A DNA stretch of 62,008 bases, filler included, from 7 parts of 7 records of this genome joined end to end with filler, not necessarily neighbours in it; one strand, 5' to 3'. Counted from the first letter of the whole stretch, positions 40,184 to 50,533 are shown. The notes: a model not told the origin generated them from the sequence alone. A program made the numbers and translations.

Positions 40184-41580
40184 ACCTTCCTGGGCCTGGC
40201 TGCATCAGCGGCCTTGCCGGTCGGGACGGTCATGCCCTTTAACATATGCTTGAGAAAGGCATCTCTGGCGAATCCGAGCTTGAGGAACCCTCCCAGAAGA
40301 GATAATCCCAATATTTTCAGGGGATTCCTGTTGGGGAAATCGAAATAACCCCGTTTTCTGTAAGCCTTGAAGTCAGCGGGAAAGGGTATTCTCAGGTGCC
40401 CGTATATATCGTCCCTGAAGATCTTCATCCCCCCTACCCCCAGAAAAGTGCGGGGTCTCATGTAACCCCGCATGGACAGCTGGATGAGCTTTGTGGCCAG
40501 GCTGTCCATACAGGCAGTCAGCTGATCCCGGGGATACTCGTCCGAAATAAAATCCACAAGGTTCGCTTCCTGCAGTTCATACCAGCCTTCGTAGACCATC
40601 TGGAAGTCCTGAAGCCGGCCAAGCGGGCCGGAGACCAGGAACGCCACCTGTTTTCCCCTTAGAACCGGCGTATGGGTATTGAAGAAGCAGCGATCGAAGA
40701 AACGGCGCCACAGAGCGGACAGCTGACGGGATTGGATCCTCCCCCCGATGAGAATGATATCCGCCCCCAGTACTTCCTTTTTGAAGAAAGCTGTAAAACC
40801 GTCTGTTCCTTCATAGCTGCATTCATAGCTCTGTCCGCAGCGCATGCAGCCCAGGCAACCGCCCTTCATATCCGCATCACGGAGATTGACGGTCTTCACG
40901 TTTCCCGTCCACTTGGCTGCGAAATAAGCGGTCATGGCCCTTAGATTGGCATCAAGAGGGTTCAGACTGTCCTCGTCCGTCAGGATGAGGACCCTTTTGT
41001 TCCCTGTTGAAACCTGCTGTTCCGGCGATGCCAGCTTCAGCGGTTCAGGCTCATACCGGAGGGGAGCATAGCGTTTGGGACTGAACCTTTTCGCTGATAT
41101 GGCCTCAAAGAAATCCTCGGCGAACAAGTCGAGACGCTCCTGCTCGGATGCCTTCGTCAGATCCTGCATGTTGGCGGAATAGAAGCCGTTATAGCTCATA
41201 CCCATATCTTCGCAAACAGAGCGGATATAGTTATGGGCGGTGATATCGAAGTAGTTGATGGATGTGGAGAGGGAGACGGTTTGCTTGCCGGCGAAGGCAT
41301 ACAGGCTATCCCTCTCATGAATGAGTTCTATAAACCTCTTGTACTGGGAACAAACCAGCAGGACATAGAGGGGAAAGGCCCAGACCACGCCGTCTGCGGA
41401 CCGTATCTCCTCCACGATGTCCCGGTACTTTGCCTCATTCTTCTCCAGGGCTTTGATTCGCTGTGCGACATTGTGAATGATGAGTTCATGCCCGGGGAAA
41501 CGGTTCCGCATATACCTTACGTACTGCATGGTAACGCTCAGGTCCCCTTTGGGGCTTCCGTTCAATACGATAATTTTCAT
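40180..41580 (-). CDS. Tandem flavodoxin-like NAD(P)H-dependent oxidoreductase with Fe-S motif
   Basis: LNGSPKG...; FPLY; CLGCMRCGQSYEC; GAGG RBS before the ATG at 41580. Confidence 0.85.
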   Translation of the reverse strand: MKIIVLNGSPKGDLSVTMQYVRYMRNRFPGHELIIHNVAQRIKALEKNEAKYRDIVEEIRSADGVVWAFPLYVLLVCSQYKRFIELIHERDSLYAFAGKQTVSLSTSINYFDITAHNYIRSVCEDMGMSYNGFYSANMQDLTKASEQERLDLFAEDFFEAISAKRFSPKRYAPLRYEPEPLKLASPEQQVSTGNKRVLILTDEDSLNPLDANLRAMTAYFAAKWTGNVKTVNLRDADMKGGCLGCMRCGQSYECSYEGTDGFTAFFKKEVLGADIILIGGRIQSRQLSALWRRFFDRCFFNTHTPVLRGKQVAFLVSGPLGRLQDFQMVYEGWYELQEANLVDFISDEYPRDQLTACMDSLATKLIQLSMRGYMRPRTFLGVGGMKIFRDDIYGHLRIPFPADFKAYRKRGYFDFPNRNPLKILGLSLLGGFLKLGFARDAFLKHMLKGMTVPTGKAADAARPRKV

Positions 41581-41591
41581 AAGCACCTCTT

Positions 41592-41617
41592 GTACACTGT
41601 TAACTTAACAATGTTAG
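41592..41617. promoter_or_regulatory. Putative TetR operator pair
   Basis: GTACACTGTTA and palindromic TAACAATGTTA just upstream of the oxidoreductase. Confidence 0.5.
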
Positions 41618-41641
41618 ATAAATAATAAAAAAAGGGATGCC

Positions 41642-41836
41642 TCATTCATCACAGCCCTTTTTATCTCCCCCGGTATAGAACTGAAGAAACATCTCCTTCA
41701 GTTGCTCCGCATCCAGTCCTTCCGCCGACTGGAGCAAACCGGACAGCATAAGCGAGCAGAATCCGTGGAGCATGGTCCAGCCTATCATGGCCGCATTGTC
41801 GGGCCTTCCCGTAAACTCCCCGCGCTCCGCTTTGAT
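41642..41836 (-). CDS. TetR family regulator, C-terminal WHG domain (5' truncated)
   Basis: Manual translation: ...AAMIGWTMLHGFCSLMLSGLL...DE*; not in the ORF track. Confidence 0.7.
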   Translation of the reverse strand: MKAERGEFTGRPDNAAMIGWTMLHGFCSLMLSGLLQSAEGLDAEQLKEMFLQFYTGGDKKGCDE

Positions 41837-41937
41837 CNNNNNNNNNNNNNNNNNNNNNNNNNNNNNNNNNNNNNNNNNNNNTTAATTAATTAANNNNNNN
41901 NNNNNNNNNNNNNNNNNNNNNNNNNNNNNNNNNNNNN

Positions 41938-42384
41938 AAACCAAGGAATAGCAACTAATTTTCCGTCCACAGTATTATTTTCAATCATAGGAGCGAAATG
42001 CTCTTTTGCAACTTCCTGAGCACCGTATTCGTTTAAGTCTAACAGATGATCAGCCATATCGCCCGGCCATACTACATCAATTTGAAATAGATCAATTGTT
42101 GAACTTTTAGCTTCAAGGAATTGAAGATATAGAGCTAATCTGGCAGATGCAGAATCAGGAACATCTCTAACGACAACTGTTACGTTAGGATTTTCAGCCA
42201 TATATTTTTCAGCTGCTTTTTTAGTAAGTTCTAATTCAACACCAACAGCACCACTTGCAAAACTAATAACAGTTTTCTCATTTTTAGTTTCCTTCTTCTT
42301 TTTCTTCATAAAATCAAAAATACCACCGAATGCAACAGAAGATAACATTAAACCTAACAATAGAAATAATAACAATTTTTTCAT
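41938..42384 (-). CDS. Sugar ABC transporter substrate-binding protein (trehalose/maltose-like), 3' truncated
   Basis: Signal peptide; GAVG-x-E; IDVVWPG; DGKLVAIPWF. Confidence 0.85.
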
Positions 42385-42475
42385 TTAATTCCCTCCGAAT
42401 ATTTTATGATGATATAAATCTAAGCAACTTGAACTATACAACTATCCCCCTTTCGATTTTTATTCTAAATTTATG

Positions 42476-43348
42476 CTAACCTTTAACTGCTCCTGCAGTT
42501 AGTCCGGCTACGATCCTTTTTTGGAAATAAAAAACTAAAATAACAATAGGTATAGTGACTACTACAGCTCCTGCCATAATTTCACCAAAAGGCTCCTGTC
42601 TGGAAACGGCACCGGTAAACATAGCTATTGCAACCGGAATAGTTCTTGCAGTTGGCTCAATAGTAGTAAATGTCAGTGCAAAAAGATATTCGTTCCATGC
42701 TGCAATAAAGGCAAGAAGTCCTGTTGTAATAAGAGCTGGCAGTGTTAGGGGTAATAAAATATGATAAAAACTCTGAAACGGAGTTGCTCCGTCAACTTGC
42801 GCTGACTGCATCAATTCAACCGGCAGTTCCTTGAAAAAAGAGGTTAAAACCCAGGTTGTAAATGGCAGTGTAAATAACATATATGACAGAATCATACTTG
42901 GAATAGCGCTAAGTCCTAATAATTTAATAATTGCATATAATCCTGTTAAAACAGTTACCTGTGGAAACATTGTCATAGTTAATATTATATATAGTGATAT
43001 TTTTTTACCTTTAAATCTTAGTTTTCCCAATGCGAATGCTGCGAAAGAACCTATCATTAAAGATAAAAGTGTAGTAGATAAAGCAACAATTGTACTATTA
43101 ATAAAACCTCTGAGAAATGGTCCGTTACTAAAAACTGACATATAGTTTTTTAATGAAAAAGATATTTTCATTGTGACAGGATCTCTCGGAATAAAAGTTG
43201 CCGGTAACATCTGAAGTTGAGCTTCTGTTTTGAATGATGAATTAACAGCCCAATAAAACGGAAAAAGCATGTAAATAAAAATAATTATAATTAAAGACCA
43301 TAGAAGAACTCTTCCAATGATTTTATTAGTTTTTTTCTTAGTCAGCAT
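42476..43348 (-). CDS. Carbohydrate ABC permease (MalG-like)
   Basis: FPFYW, SAQVDGA EAA-like loop, AWNEYLFA, GLTAGAVKG. Confidence 0.92.
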   Translation of the reverse strand: MLTKKKTNKIIGRVLLWSLIIIIFIYMLFPFYWAVNSSFKTEAQLQMLPATFIPRDPVTMKISFSLKNYMSVFSNGPFLRGFINSTIVALSTTLLSLMIGSFAAFALGKLRFKGKKISLYIILTMTMFPQVTVLTGLYAIIKLLGLSAIPSMILSYMLFTLPFTTWVLTSFFKELPVELMQSAQVDGATPFQSFYHILLPLTLPALITTGLLAFIAAWNEYLFALTFTTIEPTARTIPVAIAMFTGAVSRQEPFGEIMAGAVVVTIPIVILVFYFQKRIVAGLTAGAVKG

Positions 43349-44360
43349 CTGTATCCACTCCTAAAAATTTCATATAACCTAATGCAAATGCAAAAATAAT
43401 AACAAAAATGATCATTCCGATACTTGATGCCATCCCCATGTTTCTGTAGTTGATTAACTGGGCATAATTATAACTTGCCATTGAGTATTTTCTGGTAGAA
43501 AGCATAACCTGAAACAGATCAAATACTCTTAGTGCATCAAGTGTTCTAAAAATAAGTGCTACTGCTAATGAAGGTTTTAACAGAGGCAGAGTAATCTGGA
43601 AAAACTGTCTGATTTTTCCTGCTCCATCAACTTCCGCAGCTTCATATAGAGTTTTAGGTATAACCTGTAACCCTGCCAGCAAAAGTAAAGCCATAAAAGG
43701 AGTAGTCTTCCATACATCTACAGCAATTATAGATGGTAGTTGCCATGCTTCACTGGTTAAAAATGAAACCTGACCGTCACTGAAACCTAATCTTGCAAAT
43801 AATGAATTAAACATACCTATTCGATTTGGCTGTAACATCCAGTCCCACATTCTCGCGCTGACTACAGTGATTACCGCCCATGGAACCAGCATTGTAGCCC
43901 TCATAACTCCTTTTCCTCTAAAATTACTATTTACAACTAATGCAACTATCAATCCAAGAACCGTTTCCAGTAAAACGGAAAAGAAAGCAAATAAAATCGT
44001 ATTGCTAACAGATCTGATAAAATCAGGGTCACTTGCCCCGACTACATAATGTTTGTTAAGTATCTTAAATTTACTTAACTCTTTAAATCTAAAAGGTTTT
44101 TTCGGTAAAACGTCTAGTGAGTTTTCAATTTCAGGATTAAATGTTCTTACTTTTATACTGAGTAATCTACTGTAATTGCTTAAACCTACAAATTTGGTTT
44201 TTCTTGTAACGGCAAAACCTTTATTTGTAAAACTCGTAACGAAAACCTGTGTTAAGGGGTAAGCTGCTATAATTAATAGAACTAAAAATGTTGGAAACAA
44301 TAATTTGTAAGCAAGTCTTTGTTCTCTGGCTAATAAACTGAGTTTCTTCTTTTTTTTCAT
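43338..44360 (-). CDS. Carbohydrate ABC permease (MalF-like)
   Basis: DVWKTTPF, YEAAEVDGA, FRTLDALRVFD; GGAGG RBS before the ATG at 44360. Confidence 0.92.
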   Translation of the reverse strand: MKKKKKLSLLAREQRLAYKLLFPTFLVLLIIAAYPLTQVFVTSFTNKGFAVTRKTKFVGLSNYSRLLSIKVRTFNPEIENSLDVLPKKPFRFKELSKFKILNKHYVVGASDPDFIRSVSNTILFAFFSVLLETVLGLIVALVVNSNFRGKGVMRATMLVPWAVITVVSARMWDWMLQPNRIGMFNSLFARLGFSDGQVSFLTSEAWQLPSIIAVDVWKTTPFMALLLLAGLQVIPKTLYEAAEVDGAGKIRQFFQITLPLLKPSLAVALIFRTLDALRVFDLFQVMLSTRKYSMASYNYAQLINYRNMGMASSIGMIIFVIIFAFALGYMKFLGVDTDAD

Positions 44361-44452
44361 CTGAAATTTCCTCCTTGTTAAAAAATTTTGACAATTATTT
44401 TGATGGAATATAATCATAATTTTTTTAAAAAAGAGCATGTGTTGAGTATCTA

Positions 44453-44671
44453 AAATTTGTAATTACATATTTACAACTTTAGGATATATCATTTTACGAA
44501 AATTTGCAACTAAAATTTTCGTAAATTATTTTCGTTATTTCTATAATAGTGAGTTTTTATTGGATTTAAAGGAGTTTTTGTCTGTGAAGAATATTTTAAA
44601 ATAATTGTTGCAAATAAATCAAAAATAGGTTAATATTACTTATGAGCATGTGAAGATGTAATTACAAATTT
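44453..44671. promoter_or_regulatory. Divergent sigma70 promoters, each followed by the same 16-bp site
   Basis: Plus TTGCAA-17-TAATAT (44608-44636); minus TTGCAA-17-TATCCT; ATGTAATTACAAATTT at 44656-44671 and its reverse complement at 44453-44468. Confidence 0.7.
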
Positions 44672-44690
44672 CTGAAAAATAGAAAGGAGT

Positions 44691-46220
44691 TTGATAGTGA
44701 GTAAAAAATATATACTGGCCCATGATTTAGGAACAAGTGGAAATAAAGCTACTTTATATGATTTTGATGGAAATCTTAAAGCAAGTACGAAAGCTGATTA
44801 TTCTACTTATTATCCTCAAGCTGCATGGGTAGAGCAAGATCCTGATGAGTGGTGGCATGCAATAAACAGTTCAACGAAGCAACTTATTAGTGACTCGGGA
44901 ATTAATAGTAAAGAGATAGCGTGTATTACCTTTAGTGCGCAAATGATGGGATGCCTTCCGGTAGATATAGACGGAAACCCACTGAGAAAATCAATAATTT
45001 GGGCGGATATGAGAGCTGTTGAACAAGAAAAGCAGATGATAGACAAATTAGGAATGGAAAAATCATATAAGATCACCGGACATAGATTGAGTTGTTCTTA
45101 TACTGCTGCCAAACTACTTTGGATAAAAGAGAATGAAGCTGAAATTTATGCTAAAACTCATAAAATATTACAAGCAAAAGATTATATTATACATAAATTA
45201 ACAGGAAAATTTGTTACTGACTATAGTGATGCATCGGGAACTAATCTATTTGATATAAAACATAAAAAATGGTCTGAAGAGATTTTAGAGGGATTAGATA
45301 TAAATATAAGCATTCTTCCTGAACTTCATGCATCAACAGATGTAATAGGAGGCGTACTGCCTAGTATAGCAGAGGAAGCTGGTTTATCTCCTGAAACACC
45401 TGTTGTAATAGGTGGAGGAGATGGAAGTTGTGCAGCAGTTGGAGCCGGAGTTATAGCACAAGGTGATGCTTATAATGTTCTTGGTTCATCTTCGTGGATA
45501 GCAACAGCGTCAATGGAACCGGTTTTTGATGATGAAATGAGAACATTTAACTGGGTTCATCTTGATGAGAATCTTTATTCACCTTGCGGAACTATGCAGG
45601 CGGCTGGTTATTCATATAAATGGCTCAAAGAAAACCTGTGTAAATATGAAGAAGTAGAAGCAAAAACAGAAGAAAAAAGTGTATATGAAGTAATAAATAA
45701 TAAAATAAAAGACTCAATTCCCGGAGCAAACGGACTTATATTTTTACCTTATTTGTTAGGTGAAAGAAGTCCAAGATGGAATTCAGACGCAAAAGCTGCT
45801 TTTATAGGCTTAACAATTAATCATGAAGCAAAAGACCTGTATAGATCCGTACTTGAAGGAGTAGCATATAATCTAAAAGTTATATTAGATATATTTGATA
45901 ACAAAGAGAGTGTCTCAGAGATAACAATGATTGGCGGAGGTGCTCAAACTGAAGTTTGGTTGCAAATATTAGCAGATATATTCGGAAAAGAGTTAGTAAT
46001 TCCAAAATATTTGGAGGAAGCAACATCAATGGGAGCTGCAATATGCGGCGGTGTCGGTATAGGAGTATTCGATGATTTTAGTGTGATCAAAAAATTCAAT
46101 ACAGAAGTTAAACGAATTATTCCTAATAAAGAGACAGAAAAAGTTTATCAAAATTTATACTCAGTGTTTAATAAATCATATGAAGCGCTGATACCAATTT
46201 ATAAATTATTAAATAAATAA
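44691..46220 (+). CDS. xylB: FGGY carbohydrate kinase (xylulokinase-like)
   Basis: HDLGTSG, EQDP, SDASGT, GGGDG, PYLLGERSP; substrate not established. Confidence 0.8.
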   Translation: MIVSKKYILAHDLGTSGNKATLYDFDGNLKASTKADYSTYYPQAAWVEQDPDEWWHAINSSTKQLISDSGINSKEIACITFSAQMMGCLPVDIDGNPLRKSIIWADMRAVEQEKQMIDKLGMEKSYKITGHRLSCSYTAAKLLWIKENEAEIYAKTHKILQAKDYIIHKLTGKFVTDYSDASGTNLFDIKHKKWSEEILEGLDINISILPELHASTDVIGGVLPSIAEEAGLSPETPVVIGGGDGSCAAVGAGVIAQGDAYNVLGSSSWIATASMEPVFDDEMRTFNWVHLDENLYSPCGTMQAAGYSYKWLKENLCKYEEVEAKTEEKSVYEVINNKIKDSIPGANGLIFLPYLLGERSPRWNSDAKAAFIGLTINHEAKDLYRSVLEGVAYNLKVILDIFDNKESVSEITMIGGGAQTEVWLQILADIFGKELVIPKYLEEATSMGAAICGGVGIGVFDDFSVIKKFNTEVKRIIPNKETEKVYQNLYSVFNKSYEALIPIYKLLNK

Positions 46221-46242
46221 AAACCAGAAGGAGGATATAAAT

Positions 46243-47226
46243 TTGAAGTACAAAGTTTTTAATAAAATGCCTGATTTAAGAATATCAGTTGTAGGTTTAG
46301 GGTGTTGGTCATTTGGGGGAACATGGAACGGAACAGAGGATCAAAAATCAATTGAAACTATTAGAACAGCACTTGATAATGGAGTTAACTTCTTAGATAC
46401 TGCACCGGTTTACGGACTTGGTCATTCAGAGAAAATAGTAGGAGAAGCAATAAAAGGTTATGATAGAGATAAATTAGTTATCGCAAGTAAGTGTGGTCTT
46501 GTATGGGATGAAAACAACAACGTAACTAATAATCTGACAAAAGAGAGTATTTTTCAGGAAATAGAGCAATCTTTAGAAAGACTAGGAATTGATTATATCG
46601 ATCTATATCAAATTCACTGGCCTGATAACGGGACAGCATTAGCTGAGACTATGGAAGCTCTAAATGAGTTAAAGAAATTAGGTAAAATCAAATATATCGG
46701 TGTTTCGAATTTCTCACTTGATAGAACGAAAGAAGCTATGAAATATTCTGAACTTGCAACTCATCAGGGATTATACAACATGCTTGAACAGAACCCAAGC
46801 CATTATCACGGGATTGAATTAGAATATAAAGCAAAAGATGAGATTTTACCGTTTTGTTGTCAGAATGGCATGGCATACTTACCATACAGTCCATTAATGC
46901 AAGGTCTGTTAACAGGTAGCTTTAAATTAGAAAATAACTTCGATGAAAATGATGATAGATTTAATAACTCAAAATTAAAAGGTGAAGAGTTAAGAAAAAA
47001 TCTTGAAATCGTTGATAAATTAACAGAGGTTGCGAAAAAAATTAATAAACCTTTACCTCAATTAGCGATTAACTGGCTTATTGACCAGGGAGTAGTTGGA
47101 CCGGTTATATGTGGTGCGCAAACACCGGAGCAAATGTTACAAAATATTCAAAGTGCAGATTGGAGCATAAACTCTGATATTAGAGATGAAATCGATGCTA
47201 TTTTAAAGAATCCTAATGTTGAATAA
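46243..47226 (+). CDS. Aldo/keto reductase
   Basis: DTAPVYG, SK, DLYQIHWPD, IGVSNF, YSPL. Confidence 0.92.
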   Translation: MKYKVFNKMPDLRISVVGLGCWSFGGTWNGTEDQKSIETIRTALDNGVNFLDTAPVYGLGHSEKIVGEAIKGYDRDKLVIASKCGLVWDENNNVTNNLTKESIFQEIEQSLERLGIDYIDLYQIHWPDNGTALAETMEALNELKKLGKIKYIGVSNFSLDRTKEAMKYSELATHQGLYNMLEQNPSHYHGIELEYKAKDEILPFCCQNGMAYLPYSPLMQGLLTGSFKLENNFDENDDRFNNSKLKGEELRKNLEIVDKLTEVAKKINKPLPQLAINWLIDQGVVGPVICGAQTPEQMLQNIQSADWSINSDIRDEIDAILKNPNVE

Positions 47227-47268
47227 TTTTAAATTAAAAAAAATATAGAAATAATTTAGGAGTTTAGA

Positions 47269-47676
47269 ATGAATATAAAAAATAATATTACAGGTTTACA
47301 GCATATAGGCTTACCTACATCTCAAATAGAAAAATCAATTGAATTTTACAAAAGTTTAGGTTTTGAAGAAGTACATATGAAATCACTTCCTACAGAATCA
47401 GGAGAAGTGCTAATAAGCTTTTTAGGATTAAAAAACTTAGTAATAGAACTATATGAGATAGATGAAAACTCAGCAGAGAAATTAAATCATGGTTATATTG
47501 ATCATATAGCATTAAACGTTGATAATGTAAAAGAGGTATTTGATACTTTGAAAAAGGAAAATTATGAGTTTTATGACAATGAGATTCAATATTTGCCTTT
47601 ATTTGAAAATGGAGTTAATTACTTCTGTATATTAGGTCCAATGGGAGAAAAAATAGAGTTTAATCAAAAGTTATAG
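47269..47676 (+). CDS. VOC family protein
   Basis: QHIG...ELYE...DHIAL...GPMGEKIEF. Confidence 0.88.
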   Translation: MNIKNNITGLQHIGLPTSQIEKSIEFYKSLGFEEVHMKSLPTESGEVLISFLGLKNLVIELYEIDENSAEKLNHGYIDHIALNVDNVKEVFDTLKKENYEFYDNEIQYLPLFENGVNYFCILGPMGEKIEFNQKL

Positions 47677-47808
47677 AAATTTTAATTAGTTTCTTATACA
47701 GCCACGNNNNNNNNNNNNNNNNNNNNNNNNNNNNNNNNNNNNNNNNNNNNTTAATTAATTAANNNNNNNNNNNNNNNNNNNNNNNNNNNNNNNNNNNNNN
47801 NNNNNNAT

Positions 47809-47934
47809 AACACAATCCTTCGGCAATTGACTGCAACTTTCCCGAGACATGATTTTGAGTACTTGGCTAAGATTCATCATAAGAGGCAGAAATTTCGCTC
47901 ATACAATCGCTGGAGTCGGTTTCTATATGAATAG
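47809..47934 (+). pseudogene. IS4-family transposase N-terminal (DUF4372-like) remnant
   Basis: Manual translation NTILRQLTATFPRHDFEYLAKIHHKRQKFRSYNRWSRF, then a premature TAG. Confidence 0.7.
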
Positions 47935-47958
47935 AAATAGTGGTAAAATTAACTTTTG

Positions 47959-49569
47959 TTAACCTGATAAGGTAAAGCCTAAATCATCTAGTGATTGTAT
48001 TACTCTTTCAGAACAGGACTCTGGTTTAATATAAAATTCAATAAGCCTACGTCCATTAACTAAAAATTCAGGTTGCATTTTTAGCAGTTTTAAGAAATAT
48101 TTCTTCCCCTCTTGGTGCTTTCCTAAAAGGCTGAGAGTGCTGGCAGAGACCAGGTAATACCAAAACAATGAAGATCTGATAATAGCTGTTGATTGGGTAT
48201 ATGCTTGTTTATAGTCTTTCTGGCGTATTGAGTTAAGCCACAGTGCATAATGAACGACAGGTGAATAGTTTGGATTTATACGTATAGCTTTTTGAATAAG
48301 TTCACTACCTTTTTCCCATTCACCGGCAACGGTAGTAAGATACCCTAACAGATCTAAATATATTATTGAATTGGGGTATGTATTGATTACTCGATCTAAG
48401 TAATGAACGGCAGACTCAACTTCACCCGCAATAAATAAATTATATCCCATGGACATTAGAGCTCTCTGGTTGTTGGGGTCGATGCGAATACCTTTTTCTA
48501 TAAATGCCCTCGCTAAATCTAAACATTGTTCAAACCCGGGAATACCAAAAGAGTGGAACTCAGTATAAAGCCTGCCAAGGAAACACCATGGAAGGCTTAT
48601 ATTCGGTTGGGTTTCTGTTATGTAGGTAAGCGTTTCCAACGCTTTTTTCCCATTCTCAGGAGTAGAGTTTTGAGACTGGATATAATACCTAAGGATTGCC
48701 TCGTGGGGAGTATGGTCTTCTACTTTTTCTTTTTCTAGATTTCGAATAAGATGTTTTGTAATTTCGCCACATTCCCCGGCAATAATTGCAGCGATTTGTC
48801 CTGCTATTTCTTTTTGTGTAACAACTTTTTTTGCTGATTTTAAGGGGCTATGAATTGTCTGGCTAAATACCCGGCCATCTTTACACATAGCTTTGAGGGT
48901 TATTGAAATACTAATATTTTCAAGGTCAGTATTAATTTTTCCAACAAGAAGAAAGGTGCCATGTGAACATTCTATTTCTTTCGATTCCGGCTCAATCAGA
49001 TACGCATCAATTTCCTTTGATAAACTTATTTCTGCGAGAAGTTCATTACGAATTGCATTGCCAATAACAGTTACACGCTTTTCTTCAGTAAGATTTTCAA
49101 ATGGCAGTATAAATAATTGTGGCCAATTAATTTTGGTACCTATCTCATTGTCGTTGTATAATGTAGGTAATGGCTTTGATGATATTTGATTTACTATAAA
49201 AGAGGGAACGTAAGCACCTTTAGGGATTTCAATTATGATTTCATCAAGGGTACCAGCAACAAGATAGTATCGCTCCAGCGCTCCCCGTATTTTTCTTGCA
49301 TGCATGCTGACAATAGGGTCGATTGCAGGATCAAAATCAAGGTCTCTACCCAAAACCTTTGTGGCTATTATATATCCTCGTATATCTTCTGCTCTACCCT
49401 CAAGCGTTTCAGCAACTACAAACGACAGCATCTTAGCCTGTAGATCAGATACGTGAAATTCTTCACTGGTAATAATTTTCTGAAGTTGATTCTTTATACG
49501 TGATGGAGTGAGATCGTTATTATTAGTCATACGATTTACAGATGATATTGAAGAAAAAGTTTTTAACAT
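47959..49569 (-). CDS. Putative regulator: N-terminal wHTH-like, TolB-like and TPR domains
   Basis: QLQKII.S.EF...IATKVLGR..DFDP...IEIPKGAYVP; ILPFENL; C-terminal TPRs. Confidence 0.8.
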   Translation of the reverse strand: MLKTFSSISSVNRMTNNNDLTPSRIKNQLQKIITSEEFHVSDLQAKMLSFVVAETLEGRAEDIRGYIIATKVLGRDLDFDPAIDPIVSMHARKIRGALERYYLVAGTLDEIIIEIPKGAYVPSFIVNQISSKPLPTLYNDNEIGTKINWPQLFILPFENLTEEKRVTVIGNAIRNELLAEISLSKEIDAYLIEPESKEIECSHGTFLLVGKINTDLENISISITLKAMCKDGRVFSQTIHSPLKSAKKVVTQKEIAGQIAAIIAGECGEITKHLIRNLEKEKVEDHTPHEAILRYYIQSQNSTPENGKKALETLTYITETQPNISLPWCFLGRLYTEFHSFGIPGFEQCLDLARAFIEKGIRIDPNNQRALMSMGYNLFIAGEVESAVHYLDRVINTYPNSIIYLDLLGYLTTVAGEWEKGSELIQKAIRINPNYSPVVHYALWLNSIRQKDYKQAYTQSTAIIRSSLFWYYLVSASTLSLLGKHQEGKKYFLKLLKMQPEFLVNGRRLIEFYIKPESCSERVIQSLDDLGFTLSG

Positions 49570-49878
49570 CTCCTAACAAGTCACCGACTATGAACTCTTT
49601 AACCCACACATATTATTATCTAAAACCAACCTAAATTAGGTAATAATAGGTTTCCTTATCGCTAACTAACATTTATGATTTGTTTGTTCAATTATTTTTA
49701 ATTTCATATAATGAAATAACACGTGGACATGATTGTCCACTACTTTGCCTTATTGTAAGATCAAAACAACTTAGAATTTCAAATTTCGCTTTGATAGTAA
49801 CAAGTCTGTAATGTTGCAAAGCAGCAGCATTAAACTTATCTTCGCATAACAGCGAGGGGAATATTAAAGGAGAAAAAA

Positions 49879-50472
49879 ATGAAAACAGCAATTCTGGATC
49901 CATGTTTTAGAAATTGTATAAAAAAAGTTGTTCTAATCAACGCATTGGCCGCCATTGCTCTTATCACCCCCGCTTTAGCTGGTAACACCACTGACCAAGT
50001 AATCAACGAAACAGAAGTATTGGCTGCCCAAAAGGGTTGGTGCCAGGCACTGGTCGACATTAGTACCATCAACACCAAGAGCGGACAAGCAGCCGCTAAA
50101 GCGATGGCGGAAAAAGTAATTGATTCTGCTTATGGTTATCAAATGGGTCCTGTTCTATTCAAGCCTACACTCACCGTTAATCCACAGACTTTTCGTACAA
50201 CGCGTGACGGTGCGCTTTCCTATTTTGTCGGTGGTGATGCTACTTACCCTAACGACAGTGGCTTTGCGCTGAAAGATTGGGTGAAATGCGAGATTGATAA
50301 CGCGGCCGTTTTCATAGCAGGAGATAGTGCCAGCACAATGGGCAAGGTTCACTTCACTGATAAAAACGGTGACATTACTACAGTGGATAAGACGTGGGGC
50401 TATGTAAAAGATGAAGCTGGGCAATTACGTATTGTTGTGCACCACTCATCATTGGAGTATGCAGGTAAGTAA
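49879..50472 (+). CDS. COG4337-type (iota-class) carbonic anhydrase candidate, secreted
   Basis: Signal peptide; VLFKPT, FR.T..GALSYFVGG, D.GFAL..W, LRIVVHHSS. Confidence 0.75.
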   Translation: MKTAILDPCFRNCIKKVVLINALAAIALITPALAGNTTDQVINETEVLAAQKGWCQALVDISTINTKSGQAAAKAMAEKVIDSAYGYQMGPVLFKPTLTVNPQTFRTTRDGALSYFVGGDATYPNDSGFALKDWVKCEIDNAAVFIAGDSASTMGKVHFTDKNGDITTVDKTWGYVKDEAGQLRIVVHHSSLEYAGK

Positions 50473-50495
50473 GAAACTTATTTTTGTGGTTTTCA

Positions 50496-50533
50496 TTTTG
50501 GTCATGGTTTCGTAAATGAAACCATGACCAAAA
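50496..50533. terminator. Strong hairpin/terminator
   Basis: TTTTGGTCATGGTTTC-GTAAAT-GAAACCATGACCAAAA. Confidence 0.8.

Noticed and set aside
39981-40253. 90-aa ORF from the track
   Set aside because: Shadow frame; the overlapping frame 40001-40183 carries clear Fe-S motifs.
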